The notes under the pieces: generated by a model
What the model saw: only the letters and a program-made list of their open reading frames with translations
What the model was told of the DNA's origin: nothing
The model's database searches: none
Program-made: the position numbers and the translations under genes
Part shown: positions 62,976 to 64,000 of the stretch, in pieces
Numbering within the stretch: position 1 is the stretch's first letter
Layout of the letters: every line of letters begins with the position of its first letter
Assembly: GCA_964187785.1 (NCBI GenBank)
Contig: OZ076409.1
Location: 14,138,001 to 14,202,000, forward strand
Length of the DNA: 64,000 bases
Direction: 5' to 3'
From: Amphiscolops sp. MND2022
Lineage: Eukaryota

Positions 62976-64000
62976 TAAAATATAGTTCTATAATTAAGTC
63001 CTGAATATGGGTTAAAGAAGTTTATATGACCAGTTCTAATTTCTGGTAATTCTGCGTCACAGAGACAAGAGATTGAAGTAACTATGAATGGTGAAGGAGT
63101 TGTTTTATGTGCTACTCTTGTTGAAAGAGGAAAAGGATGGGGGTTTAAAGAGTTGAATGTAACTTCGACTTCAAATTTTAATATTAATTGAGTTTCTTGT
63201 AATCTTTGTAGTTCTCTTTGTTTTCTTGAGTTTGAGAGAGAGAGAGCTATTATTTATAAATCTAATAGGGAGTACTGTGTATCGAGGATCTTCGTTAAGA
63301 CTACGAATAATCGTTGAATTAACACGGATAGGATATCGTGTGGGTTTGGTGTAGGAGGTCTCGAAATTTCTTCTAAAAAATATCAGGTAATTGTATTGAT
63401 GAATCAGATAGTATTGAACTAGGTGAATAAACTCGTGAAAAGTTTGCGGCGCTATCTGATATAGTGTGAGGGTCTTCTGAAATGAGAGATGCTGATTCAA
63501 ATCCTGTTGTGACTTGAAATGCCAATGATAAGGAAGATGGTATTGTGGGATGAGATGAGGAAAGAGAAGGAGTGTCTGATCTGGGTTGTGCTTGTTGTCT
63601 GACTAGTCTTGAGTTTGTACTAGAACTAGTTAAAGATGATAGTTCCTGAGAAAGTCTTCCTGGTTGAGATCTGAGGTTATAACTATGTCTTGGTACTCGG
63701 GTACTAGCTGTCGAATCAGAGTCTTTATCTTTATGGTATAGATCTGTTGAAGAAGAGGTAGTGGTTGATTTTAGACGTTCTAATTTTGGATATAATTGAG
63801 AGAATGTAAATGAACTTATATCATATGGTGAATTAGTTGTTTGTTCTGGTATAGTTTTGATTGGAGTTCGACTTGTTGATGGTATAGGAGTATTCTTTGG
63901 TAGTGTTGGTATAGGAGTTTTTCTAATTGTTTTTGTTGCGGTTGGTATTCTGTGTGAACAGGAGCTAATGTATTGAAGAACTGAATCAGTATCAGGGATA

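Larger units (their letters stand above)
55386..64000 (-). mobile_element. 3' part of a decayed env-bearing LTR retroelement, extending beyond the window
   Basis: Candidate 3' LTR ~55386-56682 (TGTA...TACA) preceded on the minus strand by purine-rich AAAAACCGGGATAGA; env-like ORFs at 60.4-63.0 kb; SYNLRS-containing low-complexity tail at ~63.67 kb like the integrase tail of the other element. Left boundary is tentative because the partner LTR is absent. Confidence 0.7.

Overview
AT-rich animal (eukaryotic) genomic DNA dominated by transposable elements; the repeat landscape reminds me of acoel flatworm assemblies, but that is an unverified impression. Main contents: (1) a near-intact L2/CR1-group LINE (~9.65-14.5 kb) with an SGNH-esterase ORF1 and an ORF2 carrying a virus-like 2A (StopGo) motif ahead of APE-RT; (2) a complete 15.7-kb Ty3/Gypsy LTR retrotransposon on the minus strand (33944-49685; ~98% identical LTRs, AGTAT TSD, PBS, PPT). 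Its 7.7-kb region between pol and the 3' LTR carries an 8-exon, intron-containing gene on the OPPOSITE strand; this reconstructs to ~1129 aa with a BED-like zinc finger and a layout resembling a catalytically dead hAT transposase, and is the most interesting feature; (3) the 3' part of a second, decayed LTR element with a chuvirus/gB-like env and extra ORFs (~55.4 kb to the window end); (4) many Helentron-type non-autonomous repeats, hAT and CCC-ended MITEs, tandem arrays, a CRE-like RT relic, and the probable last exons of a host gene ending at 32922.
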